DNA of 63,136 bases, counting the filler, from Octopus bimaculoides (taxonomy: Eukaryota): NCBI RefSeq assembly GCF_001194135.2. It is 5 parts of 5 records of this genome, joined end to end, with 100 filler letters (N's around TTAATTAATTAA, not from the genome) between each part and the next. Parts side by side here need not be neighbours in the genome. Positions count along the whole stretch, not along the records: positions 1 to 12,130 come from NC_068998.1; positions 12,231 to 19,001 come from NC_068988.1; 3 more parts are not named here. One strand, given 5' to 3'. How positions within the stretch are numbered: the first letter of the stretch is position 1; the number at the start of each line of letters is the position of its first letter. A model generated the notes under the pieces. It made no database searches and had not been told where the DNA came from. It saw only the letters and a list, made by a program, of their open reading frames with translations. Positions 1 through 13,343 of the stretch are shown here, one piece after another. The position numbers and the translations under genes are program-made.

Positions 1-127
1 ATGTGTATATACATATATATATATTATGTATATATATATGTATATATATATGTATATATATTATGTATATATATATGTATATATATTATGTGTATATACA
101 TATATATATATTATGTATATATATTAC

Positions 128-166
<39 letters not shown>

Positions 167-200
167 GTATATATCTATTACGTAAATATATATATTATGT
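1..200. repeat. TA-rich compound microsatellite; representative of many similar tracts (e.g. 4530-4860, 6880-7180, 61330-61830)
   Basis: Direct (TA)n/(TATG)n runs; source of the YIYI/VCVC/HTHT ORFs. Confidence 0.97.
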
Positions 201-288
201 GGCTGGTGTGTTTACGTCCCATAAATTAGCGGTTCAACAAAAGTACTGGAATAAGTACTATCCACACTATATACTACATATATATATA

Positions 289-668
289 ATGTAGCTGTGA
301 GGTAGCTTGCTTACCAACCACATGGTTCTGGGTTCAGTCCCACTGTGTGGCACCTTCGCCAAGTGTCTTCTACTATAGCCTTGGGCCGACCAAAACTTTG
401 TGATTGGATTTGGTAGACGGAAACTAAAAGAAGTCCATCATATATATGTATATAGATATGTGTGTGTATATGTTTGTGTGTTTGTCCCCACAACATCGCT
501 TGACAAACAATGCTGGTGTGTTTACATCCCTGTAAATTAGCGGTACGGCAAAAGAGACTGATAGAATAAGTACTGGGCTTACAAAGAATAAGTCCTGGTG
601 TCGATTTGCTCAACTAAAGGCAGTGCTCCAGCATGGCCTCGGGCAAATGACTGAAACAAAAGAATGAA
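289..668 (+). mobile_element. Bipartite tRNA-headed SINE with internal microsatellite (family A)
   Basis: 5' half gtagcttgcttaccaaccacatggtt...gggttcagtcccactg (B-box-like), a TA/TG tract, then 3' half tttgtccccacaacatcgcttgac...gactgaaacaa. The same halves recur at about 7490-7680, 13140-13290, 23843-24030(-), 26738-26950, 32727-32940, 35205-35572, 56950-57420, 59300-59662(-). Confidence 0.85.
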
Positions 669-785
669 AGAATAAAGAATATATATGATGTGTATATGTA
701 TATATATTATGTATATGTATAAATGTATTATGTATAAATGTATTATGTATAAATATATAATGTGTGTGTATATATATATATATAT

Positions 786-1780
786 ATCATCATCATCATA
801 TAACGTCCATCTTCCATGCTGGCATGAGTTGGACGGTTCAACTGCAGTCTGGGAAGCCAGGAGGCTGCACTAGGCCCCAATCTGATCTGGATGCCCTTCC
901 TAACATAAACCACTCCAAGAGTGTATCATCATCATCATCATCATCGTTGTAGTGGGTGCTTTTTACGTGCCACCGGTACAGGGGCCAGAAAAGCTGACAT
1001 CAACTACGATCGGATGATGCTTTTTAAGTGCCACTGGCACGGGAGCCAGTAACGGCGGCAATGGCACTGGCTATGTTCAGATAGTGCTTTTTACATGCCA
1101 CCGGCACGGGGGTCACAACTACAATTTCTATTTCATTTCATTTGATTTTGATACTGATGTTGATGTACTTGACTCAATAGATCTCCTCAAGCCCAACATG
1201 TCGCCCTATGATTCAAGGTACTTTTGAGTGGGCTGGCTATGCGATGCACTTTATTTTCCGAGTACCGCCTGACTCGCCTTCATAGGATTTTCGAGCGAGA
1301 TCGTTGCCAGTGCCCCTGGATTGGCTCCTGTGCGGGTGGCACATAAAATAAACCATTTTGAGCGTGGCCGTTGCCAGTACCGCCTGACTGGCCTTCGTGC
1401 GGGTGACACGTAAAAGCACCCACTACACTCTCTGAGTGGTTGGCGTTAGGAAGGGCATCCAGCTGTAGAAACTCTGCCAAATTAGATTGGCGGCTGGTGT
1501 TGCCATCCGGTTTCACCAGTCCTCAGTCAAATCGTCCAACCCATGCTAGCATGGAAAGCGGACGTTAAACGATGATGATGATGATATATATNNNNNNNNN
1601 NNNNNNNNNNNNNNNNNNNNNNNNNNNNNNATATATATATATATATATATAATGTATATCTTATCATCATCATCATCATCATCATCGTTTAACGTCCGCT
1701 TTCCATGCTAGCATGGGTTGGACGATTTGACTGAGGACTGGTGAAACCAGATGGCTACAGCAGGCTCCAATCTGATTTAT
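786..1780. mobile_element. Cluster of RTE LINE 3'-UTR/tail fragments (786-905 minus, 950-1582 plus, 1667-1780 minus)
   Basis: Contain cactacactctctgagtggttggcgttaggaagggcatccagctgtag...ggacgttaaac(gat)n, the same tail that follows the RTE ORF C-terminus at 59841-60700 and 62105-63033. Confidence 0.85.
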
Positions 1781-1879
1781 ATATATATTTTTTTTTTTTA
1801 TTTATTTTATCTAGTTTCAGCTCACGACCTGTGGCCATGCTGGGGCACTGCCATTTGATTTTGCTACAAAATTTTACTT

Positions 1880-4155
1880 CACGAATGCTTTTTAGGAAGT
1901 GACATTTGGTGCATAAGAAAGTTTGATGCAGCTGCCCTCATCTGCACCTCCTGCCGCAAAGTTGGTTCATCTCGGACACTTGACAGGAAGAGGTCCAGCT
2001 TTATTTTGAAGACACCTACATTTACCCCATGCAGATCTCTCAGGTCCTTCAGGAGGATATTGAAGAGCTATGGACCTCTGAACCCCAGGTTATTGCAGTA
2101 TCTTGTCCAACATCTTGATGGCAAATTTGGAATCCTTAGCACTGTGCAGTGGTGCCCAGTTCTAGTATTTCTGTAACTCTCAACGCCAAAGTTTGGGACA
2201 AGTCCCTCCAGATGTATATCATAGCATATCTTTCTTGTCTACGCTCTAAGGAATAGAGTCTTAATCTATTGAGTCTTTCTCAATAGCTTATATGCTGCAT
2301 AGAAGCTATCTTCTTTGTGTAGCTTCGTTGGATTGCCTCAAGTTCTGAGATTAATTTGACACTGGTTGGTGACCAGAGCTGAGAGCAATAGTCAAAGTGG
2401 CTTAGGACAAGTATCCTTCAGAGGACCATCATGGTTTCCTGATCTCTTGTTCTAAAAGTTCTACGAATCCATCCGGTCAGCCGCCTGCATTTCATTGCCA
2501 ATTTAGCAACATGCACATGAAAGGACGCAACATTACTCATGTAAATGCCCAGGTCTTGCACTGTCTCTGCTTCTGGGATTGCAGTCCCCCCAAGTCCAGT
2601 GTATTTAATGGGTATTGCATTTAGTTTTGCATGCTGATAACACAAGGCTTGAAACTTTTCAGCACTAAACTGCATGCTATTCTTTTCAGCCCACTTGTAT
2701 ATTTCATCCAGCTCACATTGCAGGTGCATAGTGTCTTCAGAGTTCTGTATTACTTGTAAAACTTTTGTAACATCTGCATAACTTATGATCGTAGCTCTCT
2801 GTGTGGCTGAAGGCATGTCTGAGAGGGCCATTATGAACAGTAGTGGTCCCAAAACAGTGCCTTGCAGAACACCACTCACTATTTGCGTGTCATTGGAGGT
2901 GGCCTCATTGGCTACTACCACCTGACTTCTATCCATCAGAAAGTCATGAAGCCATTCTCCCAATTTTCCAACTATGCTGAGATCTTAAAGTTTATGACGT
3001 ATCATTCCATGATCGACTTTTTCAAAGGCCTTTGCAAAGTCAAGATATATCACTTCCACATTTGAGTGGTTGAGCAGCTGTTTCAGCACCCAGTCATAGT
3101 GTTGTAAGAGCTGAGTCAGGCAGCTTCTTCCTGGTCGGAAATCATGTTGGGTGTCCGGCAGCAAGTCATTTTCTTCAAGGAAGGCGATTAGTTTTCTTCT
3201 GACTATTTGTTCCATGACCTTGCTGATGTGTGAGGTCAGCGAGATAGGTCTGTAGTTCTTGACATCCGCTCTGCTATGTCCTTTATGAATAGGGCATATT
3301 TTACCCTCCTTCAATTTTCTTGGAAGTTTGCCAGTTGCAAGGAAGCTCTGAAAGAGGGACTGCAGTGGTCTTGCTAGGACTCGCTTACATGCTTTTAGAA
3401 GGACTGCTGGGAATCCATCAGGGCCAGTAGCTGAGTTTGGGTTCATTTCATCTATAGCCCTTATTACATCGTCTTCCTTTATATCAATCATCATTGCCTC
3501 TGTTTTTATATCTGCAGTCAGTTGGATTGCTGACTTGAAAGTGCCCTAGGGGTGGATTGAAAAAACTTTTGAATTGCTCATTTAGTATTTCACTTATCCT
3601 CATTGGGATTCCTGTGAGTGTACTATATTTTTCGAGAAGTGGCCCTATCCTGCAATGCACTGAAGCTGTTTCTTTCGAAAACTTGTAGAAAGCTCTGGGG
3701 TTAGATTTTATATTGTCTATAGCCCAAGCTTCTTTGTCTGCTCTTTCTTTTTCGTGGGAGAGTTGCAGATTTTTTCCAATCTCCTGTATTTTCAGGCGGA
3801 ACTTTTCACTGTTTTCAATTTGTTTGTTTAGACGATCCGAAACTTTTGTATGCAGTCTCATAAGAAGTTTCCTCTCCCTTGGGATTTTGTTCTTGTGTAC
3901 AGTGGCCTTTCTCTCTGGGACACATTTGTAGCATATGGCTTGCATTACAGACATGAATTGTTGAAGTTTCATGTCGATGTCCAGTCAGGAGAGACACTTA
4001 GGCCGGTTTTGTTTGAGGATCTTTTCCTCAATTTGTTTCCAGTTTGCCTTATAGAATTTCAAGCTGGAAAGATTCTGAGAGTTTCTTGTAGGCTGCATGT
4101 CCATGGTTTCCTTTGGTCTGTACATGGTCAGCTCTACCATGTTGTGATCCGAGAG
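1880..4155 (-). mobile_element. CR1/L2-superclade LINE, decayed ORF2 (end of APE, RT, C-terminus)
   Basis: SDHN motif near 4150; ATGPDGFPAVLLK, NYRPISLTSHISKVME, YLDFAKAFEKVDH, GVLQGTVLGPLLF and YADV (decayed YADD) in ORFs 2985-3494 and 2418-2963; broken by stops and frameshifts. Confidence 0.93.
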
Positions 4156-4639
4156 TAGACTTTTTTTGCATAATAGACTTGCATACAGATTGGCATGTTC
4201 CTCTTTTTCGTATCTCTTAACTTTTTTCTCTTTTACAATGTATATGTAAATATCCGGTTAAATTTTCTCTATTAGCCCATTTGTTTTTCCTTCTTCATTT
4301 TTAGTAATAACTTTCTTGGATGTTTTTTCCTTAAACTCATCACACTGATGAGAATGACTATACGTAACTTTAATTATAAGTATTATTATTACAATTTTTT
4401 CTGACATATTTGTATTACCCGTTCAAACGTTCGTATGTATTTATTAAATCTAATTTTGATTTTTTAACATCTTTTCTCCATTTTTATAATTGTTTATGGT
4501 ATCTTTATACCTATAACGAACTTATTCTATATATATATATATACACACACACATTATACATATATGTATATAATGTATATATGTACATATGTCATGTATA
4601 TATATATTATATGTATATATCTCTATATATATCTATCAA

Positions 4640-4714
<75 letters not shown>

Positions 4715-6889
4715 ATATGGATGTGTATATATATATGTGTATATATTTATATATATGTGTGTGTGTGTATGTGGGTTTGGACGTAGGTGTATATATGTAT
4801 GCATATATGTATTTATTCGAGTATATGTATGCTTGTGTGTATATATGCACGTATACATAAGTATAAATGATTATATACATTCATCTCAGTATTTTTGTAG
4901 AAATACAAGATTAACCCCCCTTTACGATCCCTTTTTATTACATAACATTCCTCTCCAATTTTTATCGGATTTATATCATCCTATTTTCTCCCAAATTTAC
5001 ACTGTGAATTTTCTTTCTTTTTTCTTTTCTTCTTTTCTTCCCTTCTTGTCCAACGTACTATCTGGTAGCGTCCTTAATCTCCAACAGTTTTTTCAAATGA
5101 ATTACGTTATAACCTTCTCCAACTATAGTTCTCATATTCGATTATAATGTCTTACGTTTAAGCTGGTTCCCATGCATTTCCCTGAAGAGAAGTTTNNNNN
5201 NNNNNNNNNNNNNNNNNNNNNNNNNNNNNNNNNNNNNNNNNNNNNNNNNNNNNNNNNNNNNNNNNNNNNNNNNNNNNNNNNNNNNNNNNNNNNNNNNNNN
5301 NNNNNNNNNNNNNNNNNNNNNNNNNNNNNNNNNNNNNNNNNNNNNNNNNNNNNNNNNNNNNNNNNNNNNNNNNNNNNNNNNNNNNNNNNNNNNNNNNNNN
5401 NNNNNNNNNNNNNNNNNNNNNNNNNNNNNNNNNNNNNNNNNNNNNNNNNNNNNNNNNNNNNNNNNNNNNNNNNNNNNNNNNNNNNNNNNNNNNNNNNNNN
5501 NNNNNNNNNNNNNNNNNNNNNNNNNNNNNNNNNNNNNNNNNNNNNNNNNNNNNNNNNNNNNNNNNNNNNNNNNNNNNNNNNNNNNNNNNNNNNNNNNNNN
5601 NNNNNNNNNNNNNNNNNNNNNNNNNNNNNNNNNNNNNNNNNNNNNNNNNNNNNNNNNNNNNNNNNNNNNNNNNNNNNNNNNNNNNNNNNNNNNNNNNNNN
5701 NATATATCAACCAACAATAAGTACCAAATGAATTTATATAAAATACTTATTTTATAAAGATAGAAAAATTATTAAAAATATCAAAATAATAAACATTCCA
5801 TAATCATCCCTACACCCATTATAATATATGCTAACATGTATATTATATACAAAAACCAGCTTACATAAAATTATTATAGTTTTAAATACAATTTGAACGA
5901 AGTTTAAGGTAAAATAATAATAAAGATAATATTAGTACATATTTAACCGGTGTAATAGTTAAAGCTAGACTATTTATGACTAAAAATGTTTATTTAATTA
6001 TCATTAAAAATCAATTGAATAATAGAAAAATACAAGAATACTTATTTCTACAAACGTAGAAATAAAAATAAAAATAGGAATGAAAAAATTATGAATGAAA
6101 AAGTTTAGAATGAAAAAATTATTAAGAATAAAATATTAAACTTTATATATACTAAGTTTTAATATAAAAAAACCTTTAAAGATATTATAAACAATAAAGA
6201 CTAATTATTAATCAAATATTATTAGTCAAAAATAATCGAAAATATATCAACAATATTCAAATCGAAGTCTTATATCATGTTGAAATGATATTCTAACTTC
6301 TAAATAATTTAGTGTTAAATAAGTTATCTATTAAAAATAATCTTTATAAAAACCAAATGAATAATATAAAAAACAAGAATACATATTATTTTCAAATAGT
6401 AGAAAATCATTTAGCAAAGTAAAAATAGAACTTATCCATATTTTTCCGTAATTCAAACTGAAGCTAAGACATTAACTAATACCTATAGCGTTTTTAGCAA
6501 GAGGTCGCTCGAAAATAATACGTTAAAATAGAGAATAGAATATGAAAACATGAATGAATGAATAATACTTAAAATAATGAATGAAAGATTTAAAGTTTAT
6601 ATAACTAACAACATAAAAAAGCCACAGCTATCTTATAAAACATATTAATGAATTTTAAATTCAAATATATAATAAATTAATACGACTAAGAGTCATAAAT
6701 TAAATAATATTATGAAATAAGCTAAAATACTACTATTGATTTAGCCTTATAAAAATCGTAGTGTCAATACAATATAAATCCTTAAAGTCCCTAAATTATA
6801 AACCTACCAATAAAAATTAAATATAATTACTAGAATAAGTAAAGAAATATTATAAATAAATACACCCCAACACACGCCCTCATACATAC

Positions 6890-6938
<49 letters not shown>

Positions 6939-7394
6939 CTTACATACATATACAAATATACATAAGAATAACATATACACATAAACACTAATATATACAT
7001 ATACATAAATAAATACATACATACACATATATACATAAATACACACATATATATACATACATAATAACACATATAGACTAAAACATACACACTTACATAT
7101 ATATATATATATGTATACATAAACATATTTATACACATACACACATGTACCTACATAAACATACATATATATACAAATTTTTAACTTCTTGCATAGTTCG
7201 AGCACATAGCAACATCATATCTCCTCCACTATTTAAGTATTACGTGTCAAAAGTNNNNNNNNNNNNNNNNNNNNNNNNNNNNNNNNNNNNNNNNNNNNNN
7301 NNNNNNNNNNNNNNNNNNNNNNNNNNNNNNNNNNNNNNNNNNNNNNNNNNNNNNATATATATGCATATATATATTTATATTTATATACATATTG

Positions 7395-7427
<33 letters not shown>

Positions 7428-7738
7428 GTATGTATATATGTCGTATATATGTATGTATATATATGTATGTGTGTGTATATATATGTTTGTTTGTCTGTGT
7501 TTGTCCCCCACAACATCGCTTGACAACCGATGCTGGTGTAACATAGCGGTTCAGCAAAAGAGACCGATAGAATAAGTACTAGGCTTCCAAAAATAAGTTC
7601 TGGGGCCGATTTGCTCGACTAAAGGCGATGCTCTAACATGGTCACAGTCAAATGACTGAAACAAGTAAAAGAGTAAAAGAGTATACATATATATTTTACA
7701 TATATAGATATACTGTGTATATATGTATTCTATGCATA

Positions 7739-7775
<37 letters not shown>

Positions 7776-8429
7776 NNNNNNNNNNNNNNNNNNNNNNNNN
7801 NNNNNNNNNNNNNNNNNNNNNNNNNNNNNNNNNNNNNNNNNNNNNNNNNNNNNNNNNNNNNNNNNNNNNNNNNNNNNNNNNNNNNNNNNNNNNNNNNNNN
7901 NNNNNNNNNNNNNNNNNNNNNNNNNNNNNNNNNNNNNNNNNNNNNNNNNNNNNNNNNNNNNNNNNNNNNNNNNNNNNNNNNNNNNNNNNNNNNNNNNNNN
8001 NNNNNNNNNNNNNNNNNNNNNNNNNNNNNNNNNNNNNNNNNNNNNNNNNNNNNNNNNNNNNNNNNNNNNNNNNNNNNNNNNNNNNNNNNNNNNNNNNNNN
8101 NNNNNNNNNNNNNNNNNNNNNNNNNNNNNNNNNNNNNNNNNNNNNNNNNNNNNNNNNNNNNNNNNNNNNNNNNNNNNNNNNNNNNNNNNNNNNNNNNNNN
8201 NNNNNNNNNNNNNNNNNNNNNNNNNNNNNNNNNNNNNNNNNNNNNNNNNNNNNNNNNNNNNNNNNNNNNNNNNNNNNNNNNNNNNNNNNNNNNNNNNNNN
8301 NNNNNNNNNNNNNNNNNNNNNNNNNNNNNNNNNNNNNNNNNNNNNNNNNNNNNNNNNNNNNNNNNNNNNNNNNNNNNNNNNNNNNNNNNNNNNNNNNNNN
8401 NNNNNNNNNNNNNNNNNNNNCATAAAATA

Positions 8430-8940
8430 TATACAGTATAACCCGACGTTGTCCAGGTGTGACTTATTACGCCATCTACAATAAGTCTTGCTAGGTGAAA
8501 ATCAACTAAAAAAGAAAGCCTTACAACGAAAAAACCTTTATGATGTAAATATGTTCACAATTCAAAAGACGATGAAATTAATAGGGAAAGTCTGAAGGCT
8601 GTTTTGCGTAACATTATTAAGCATATTTAAATTTCATCCGTCTAATTGACTATACAAATGATTGTGCAAAACAACTTCTTGCACTGCCCTGATTATACAT
8701 AGCAGGGTAATCCCTTTTCGCAGGAGCTAGGACGGCAATTTCTAATGAAGCAATTGCTGGAGATCTGTTGCTACACAGTTTTGCCAGAATTCTATCAGAT
8801 TGGGCAGTAGATGTTGATGCACCATTTTACATTATCTTCAAAGTAGCTTCTGGAATGAGGTGAATTGCTGCAGTCTGTTGCTGTCTTTTTAAACCGGTTG
8901 CTTTCTTTCCCCAGCAAACTCTCTTCTTTGGAGGCATAAT
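8430..8940 (-). mobile_element. Probable non-autonomous Helitron remnant
   Basis: Minus strand begins MPPKKRVCWGKK..., like RepHel N-termini; near 8440-8460 there is a degenerate CCYGGRCAACGYCGGG subterminal hairpin. Family call is pattern recognition only. Confidence 0.4.
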
Positions 8941-11900
8941 CTATGTACATATTAAACAGAACAACAAAAAGTTATAACAGATGGTAGGGTAGGTAGTTTT
9001 CACATTTCTAATGAAGTTTACTGATTTACAATGTGTTGTCCTGTCTACATATGCTCCGTAGTTTGTATATTTACAAAACATTAGCGAACATGTAGTAAGG
9101 TAAGATCTAGTTATTGCAGTGAATGCTTGTGTGTACATGCGTGTGTGTGCGTTTGAGAGAGAGAGAGAGAGAGAGAGAAAGGAATGGAGAACGGGAGCAA
9201 TGAAGAGAGAGAAAGAGAGGAAGGGAGAATGGAAGACAGTTATAAAATAGCAATGTGTGCACGTATTTATATAAGAAACACACAAACTAAATCTTATATC
9301 TATAATGTTGATGTGTGTATGTATTTATGTGTATGTTGTTGTCACAGATCACGTATGTGTCGTGTGTGTTTTTACATTTCTATGTTATGAAAAATATGTA
9401 AAAAATACTAAAAGGAGACAAGGACGCTGAACATGCAGACGGACAATGTAACGAAAACATGAACGAGTGAAATGGGGTATTCCTTATTCAGTCTAGTCAC
9501 AAATTATCATTGCAACTTCAGCAAAAGGAAGCTAAGAGCCTCAGATTCCTTGGAAGAAAGAACAGTGGTGCTGGCGTGTGTACGAAATGAGAAAGTGAAG
9601 CAAGGAAAAGAGATGTGGTTGAAGCTGAGAAATAGTGATAAGTCCCAGATAACCAGGTCACGTGTATAGTTAGAGGCAGAGGGATAGAAGAAAGCTATTA
9701 AATGGGAGAGGAAGAAGAATGAAGTAAGAGTGAAAAGGTAGATAGAAGGAAAGAATAGTCTTAAACCAAGTTAATTTATGACTTTGTATGTATCACTTTC
9801 TCTCTCCCTCTTTTACTCTTACTCTCTATATTATATGTTGAGCGCGTGATCGATGTGTAAGAACGCCGGTACAGATAGAATGGAAGAAATATAAAAGTTG
9901 CTAGAAGCAAAAGCCAAATCTCCCTTAAATCACACAAAGTAAACGGAATTTAAAAAATCTAATTACTGCACTAGAAAGTTCACACCGAGAAAATTCCATT
10001 GATGTAAAAATGTTCACGAAAAAGTGGAAAATGTGGATTTCTATAAACTTTTAAAAAGGCTACACACAGACGCACATCTTCAGCATTATATATTAAGATA
10101 TATATGTTGTATATATANNNNNNNNNNNNNNNNNNNNNNNNNNNNNNNNNNNNNNNNNNNNNNNNNNNNNNNNNNNNNNNNNNNNNNNNNNNNNNNNNNN
10201 NNNNNNNNNNNNNNNNNNNNNNNNNNNNNNNNNNNNNNNNNNNNNNNNNNNNNNNNNNNNNNNNNNNNNNNNNNNNNNNNNNNNNNNNNNNNNNNNNNNN
10301 NNNNNNNNNNNNNNNNNNNNNNNNNNNNNNNNNNNNNNNNNNNNNNNNNNNNNNNNNNNNNNNNNNNNNNNNNNNNNNNNNNNNNNNNNNNNNNNNNNNN
10401 NNNNNNNNNNNNNNNNNNNNNNNNNNNNNNNNNNNNNNNNNNNNNNNNNNNNNNNNNNNNNNNNNNNNNNNNNNNNNNNNNNNNNNNNNNNNNNNNNNNN
10501 NNNNNNNNNNNNNNNNNNNNNNNNNNNNNNNNNNNNNNNNNNNNNNNNNNNNNNNNNNNNNNNNNNNNNNNNNNNNNNNNNNNNNNNNNNNNNNNNNNNN
10601 NNNNNNNNNNNNNNNNNNNNNNNNNNNNNNNNNNNNNNNNNNNNNNNNNNNNNNNNNNNNNNNNNNNNNNNNNNNNNNNNNNNNNNNNNNNNNNNNNNNN
10701 NNNNNNNNNNNNNNNNNNNNNNNNNNNNNNNNNNNNNNNNNNNNATATATATATATATATATATACACATTTTGTTTATATATATATATACAATATATAT
10801 ATATATATATACATTTTATTATAACTGCCACAAAAGTGTATTTCCCGTCACGAAAAAGTACAAAGAACTGTCAGCTTGAGCAGGGAGAGATTGTTGGATA
10901 TATATATATATTGGAGGTTATATTAGATTGGAGCCTGGTGTTGCCGTCCGGTTTCACCAGTCCTCAGTTAAACGATCATGATGATGATTGGAGGTTGGTG
11001 AGAGAGGTTTTCAAAGGTTGATGAGAAAGTACTCTGATTCATCATGGCATTTTAAAGGTGAACTTTATGAAGGCTAATTTACTAAAGGTAATATATAAAT
11101 GTAGTGTATATGTAAATAAATATATGACTGAAGTGTTTAATGTTTAAGAGTGAAATGAAGGAAGTGCAAGAATAACATTCACACTCTCTGATGGTCGCTC
11201 TCAGTAACCGCCTTTAGCTTACGGAGTTCTTGTTTTTATAACTATCAATAAGCAGCCAGAAGGATAGACATATTGTTGAAAACATATGATTTCGTTGGAG
11301 GTCTGTTATCTCCATTTCAGCCCCTGGTGGCCTAGAAGACGTTAGAAGTGTTTAGTGGCAAAGACATTATTCTGCTTAGAGAAGGCATCTGGGAAATGTA
11401 TAACTGCTGTCATTCATAGAAAAACTTGCTTTCCCATGAGAAAAGCGCTGTTGCAGTGTTAAGTGAAATTTGGCAATCAAGAATCGAATCCACGCTATGC
11501 CTGCATGAAGCCACTACAAATACGTTGTGGAATATAAAATCTATCTACTCTCATGTAAAAAGTGTAACTGCAAAAATGCAGAATTATCAGAGTAATAGGC
11601 ATTCAAAAAAGTATGTATGCATAGAAATGTATGAATGAAGCCTTTAGGGCTTAAGATTCAAATCACGGAAGTGCAATAATAAAGTTTAACAGTTCATAAC
11701 TGAGTACTGAAATGCAGAATTAGGTTGGCTGATCGTGAGAGTAAAATATTGATCACTTCGCGAAAAAGTGTAGGTGGTATGAGTTATTTCCCTTGGGTTG
11801 TTTAAATGAAATATTAGTAATATGTAGTAGATAGAAGGATCCATTGGAGGCGCCCTATTATTGATTTTTTTCAACAATCTAAGTATGTCACGAGGTTTCC

Positions 11901-12174
11901 AGACATGAGTTCTGCTCACGTATCAAATAAAGTATAAGAGTGATATTGTCTGCAAAAATTAGAAATTGGACACACAAAAATTCAATATTCAAAGTAATCA
12001 AACATAAACAATGAAACCTGTAAAATATTTCTAAGTTCGATGGCTCAATTAGTTTCATGAAAATGTTGTATGAACTGTAAATAAGCAATAAATATTATGA
12101 TTTGTAAAATAAGTATAAGTGATTCAGGGTNNNNNNNNNNNNNNNNNNNNNNNNNNNNNNNNNNNNNNNNNNNN

Positions 12175-12186
12175 TTAATTAATTAA
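12175..12186. other. Artificial scaffold linker TTAATTAATTAA inside a 100-nt N44-12-N44 spacer
   Basis: Identical N44+TTAATTAATTAA+N44 geometry at 12131-12230, 19002-19101, 30301-30400 and 58899-58998. Confidence 0.95.
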
Positions 12187-12230
12187 NNNNNNNNNNNNNN
12201 NNNNNNNNNNNNNNNNNNNNNNNNNNNNNN

Positions 12231-12472
12231 TGGCACATAAAAGACACCATTTCGAGCGTGGCCATTTTCGTGCGGGTGACACGTAAAAGCACCCACTACA
12301 CTCTCTGAGTGGTTGGCGTTAGGAAGGGCATCCAGCTGTAGAAACTCTGCCAAATTAGATTGGAGCCTGGTGTTGCCATCCGGTTTCACCAGTCCTCAGT
12401 CAAATCGTCCAACCCATGCTAGCATGGAAAGCGGACGTTAAACGATGATGATGATGATGATGATGATGATAG
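12231..12472 (+). mobile_element. RTE LINE 3' tail fragment with (GAT)n end
   Basis: Near-identical to tails at 1380-1582, 58999-59275 and 61075-61340; weaker copies at 10920-10988 and 17400-17490. Confidence 0.88.
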
Positions 12473-13308
12473 ACGATGGGCTTCTTTCAGTTTCCATCTA
12501 TTCCATCTACCATGTATCATGTGGTTGGGAAGCAAGCTTCATACCACACAACCACACTTGCACCTTATGTTCAAGAAAAATTAGAAGTCTTTTACATTTC
12601 AAGCATATGGCCTTCTATGGAGAGAAAGATAAGGAGAGCAAAAAATGGAAAGAGAAAATGACAAATGGCACTTCTTTCGGACAGTCGGCACATGCAGAAA
12701 CGATCGGAAAAGGACGATGTTAGTAGGGGTGTGGGTGGCAGGGGAGACAACTTTGAAGTTGACTTGAAGCATGGGTAGCAAGGGAGATAACAGTGATCCA
12801 ACATATGTGTGCCAGCAAGTACATGTGTTGGTAGGAAGCTAGTGTGTGTGTGTGTGTGCATACATGTGTGTATGAGGCTATTGGACAATGTAAGTGTGTG
12901 CGTGAAGCTCGTGTTTATGTGTATACTTTCTGTGTTTGTGTTTGTATAGATGCATGTATGTGTGAGTCTATCTAGTGTGTGTGTGTGTGTGGGGGACAAT
13001 GTTATATGTGTCATATTTGATAGAGGTGTTAGTTGGAATAGTGGTGACAAAAGTGGTAGGTATTGGGAAGAGTAAATGTATCATTATACACTTGCTACTT
13101 TACTTTAAGTATAGATGATTATGGAAATGTGGGTGCTAGCATGTGTGATAAAAAGTTTGCTTCCCAAACACATGGTTCTAGGTTCAGCCCCACTGTGTGG
13201 TAACTTGGGCAAGTGTCTGCTACTTTTCTCCAACTTGACCAAAGCCTTTTGATTGGATTTGATAGATGGAAATGTAAAGAAGCCCATCATGTGTGTGTGT
13301 GTGTGTAT

Positions 13309-13343
<35 letters not shown>

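Noticed and set aside
4345-4368. Hammerhead candidate CTGATGAG...CGTAAC
   Set aside because: No stem II and GAAA is not intact.
5702-6860. Octopus mitochondrial insertion (NUMT)
   Set aside because: No frame is open under the invertebrate-mitochondrial code and I found no ND, COX or CYTB motif; kept only as an unexplained segment.
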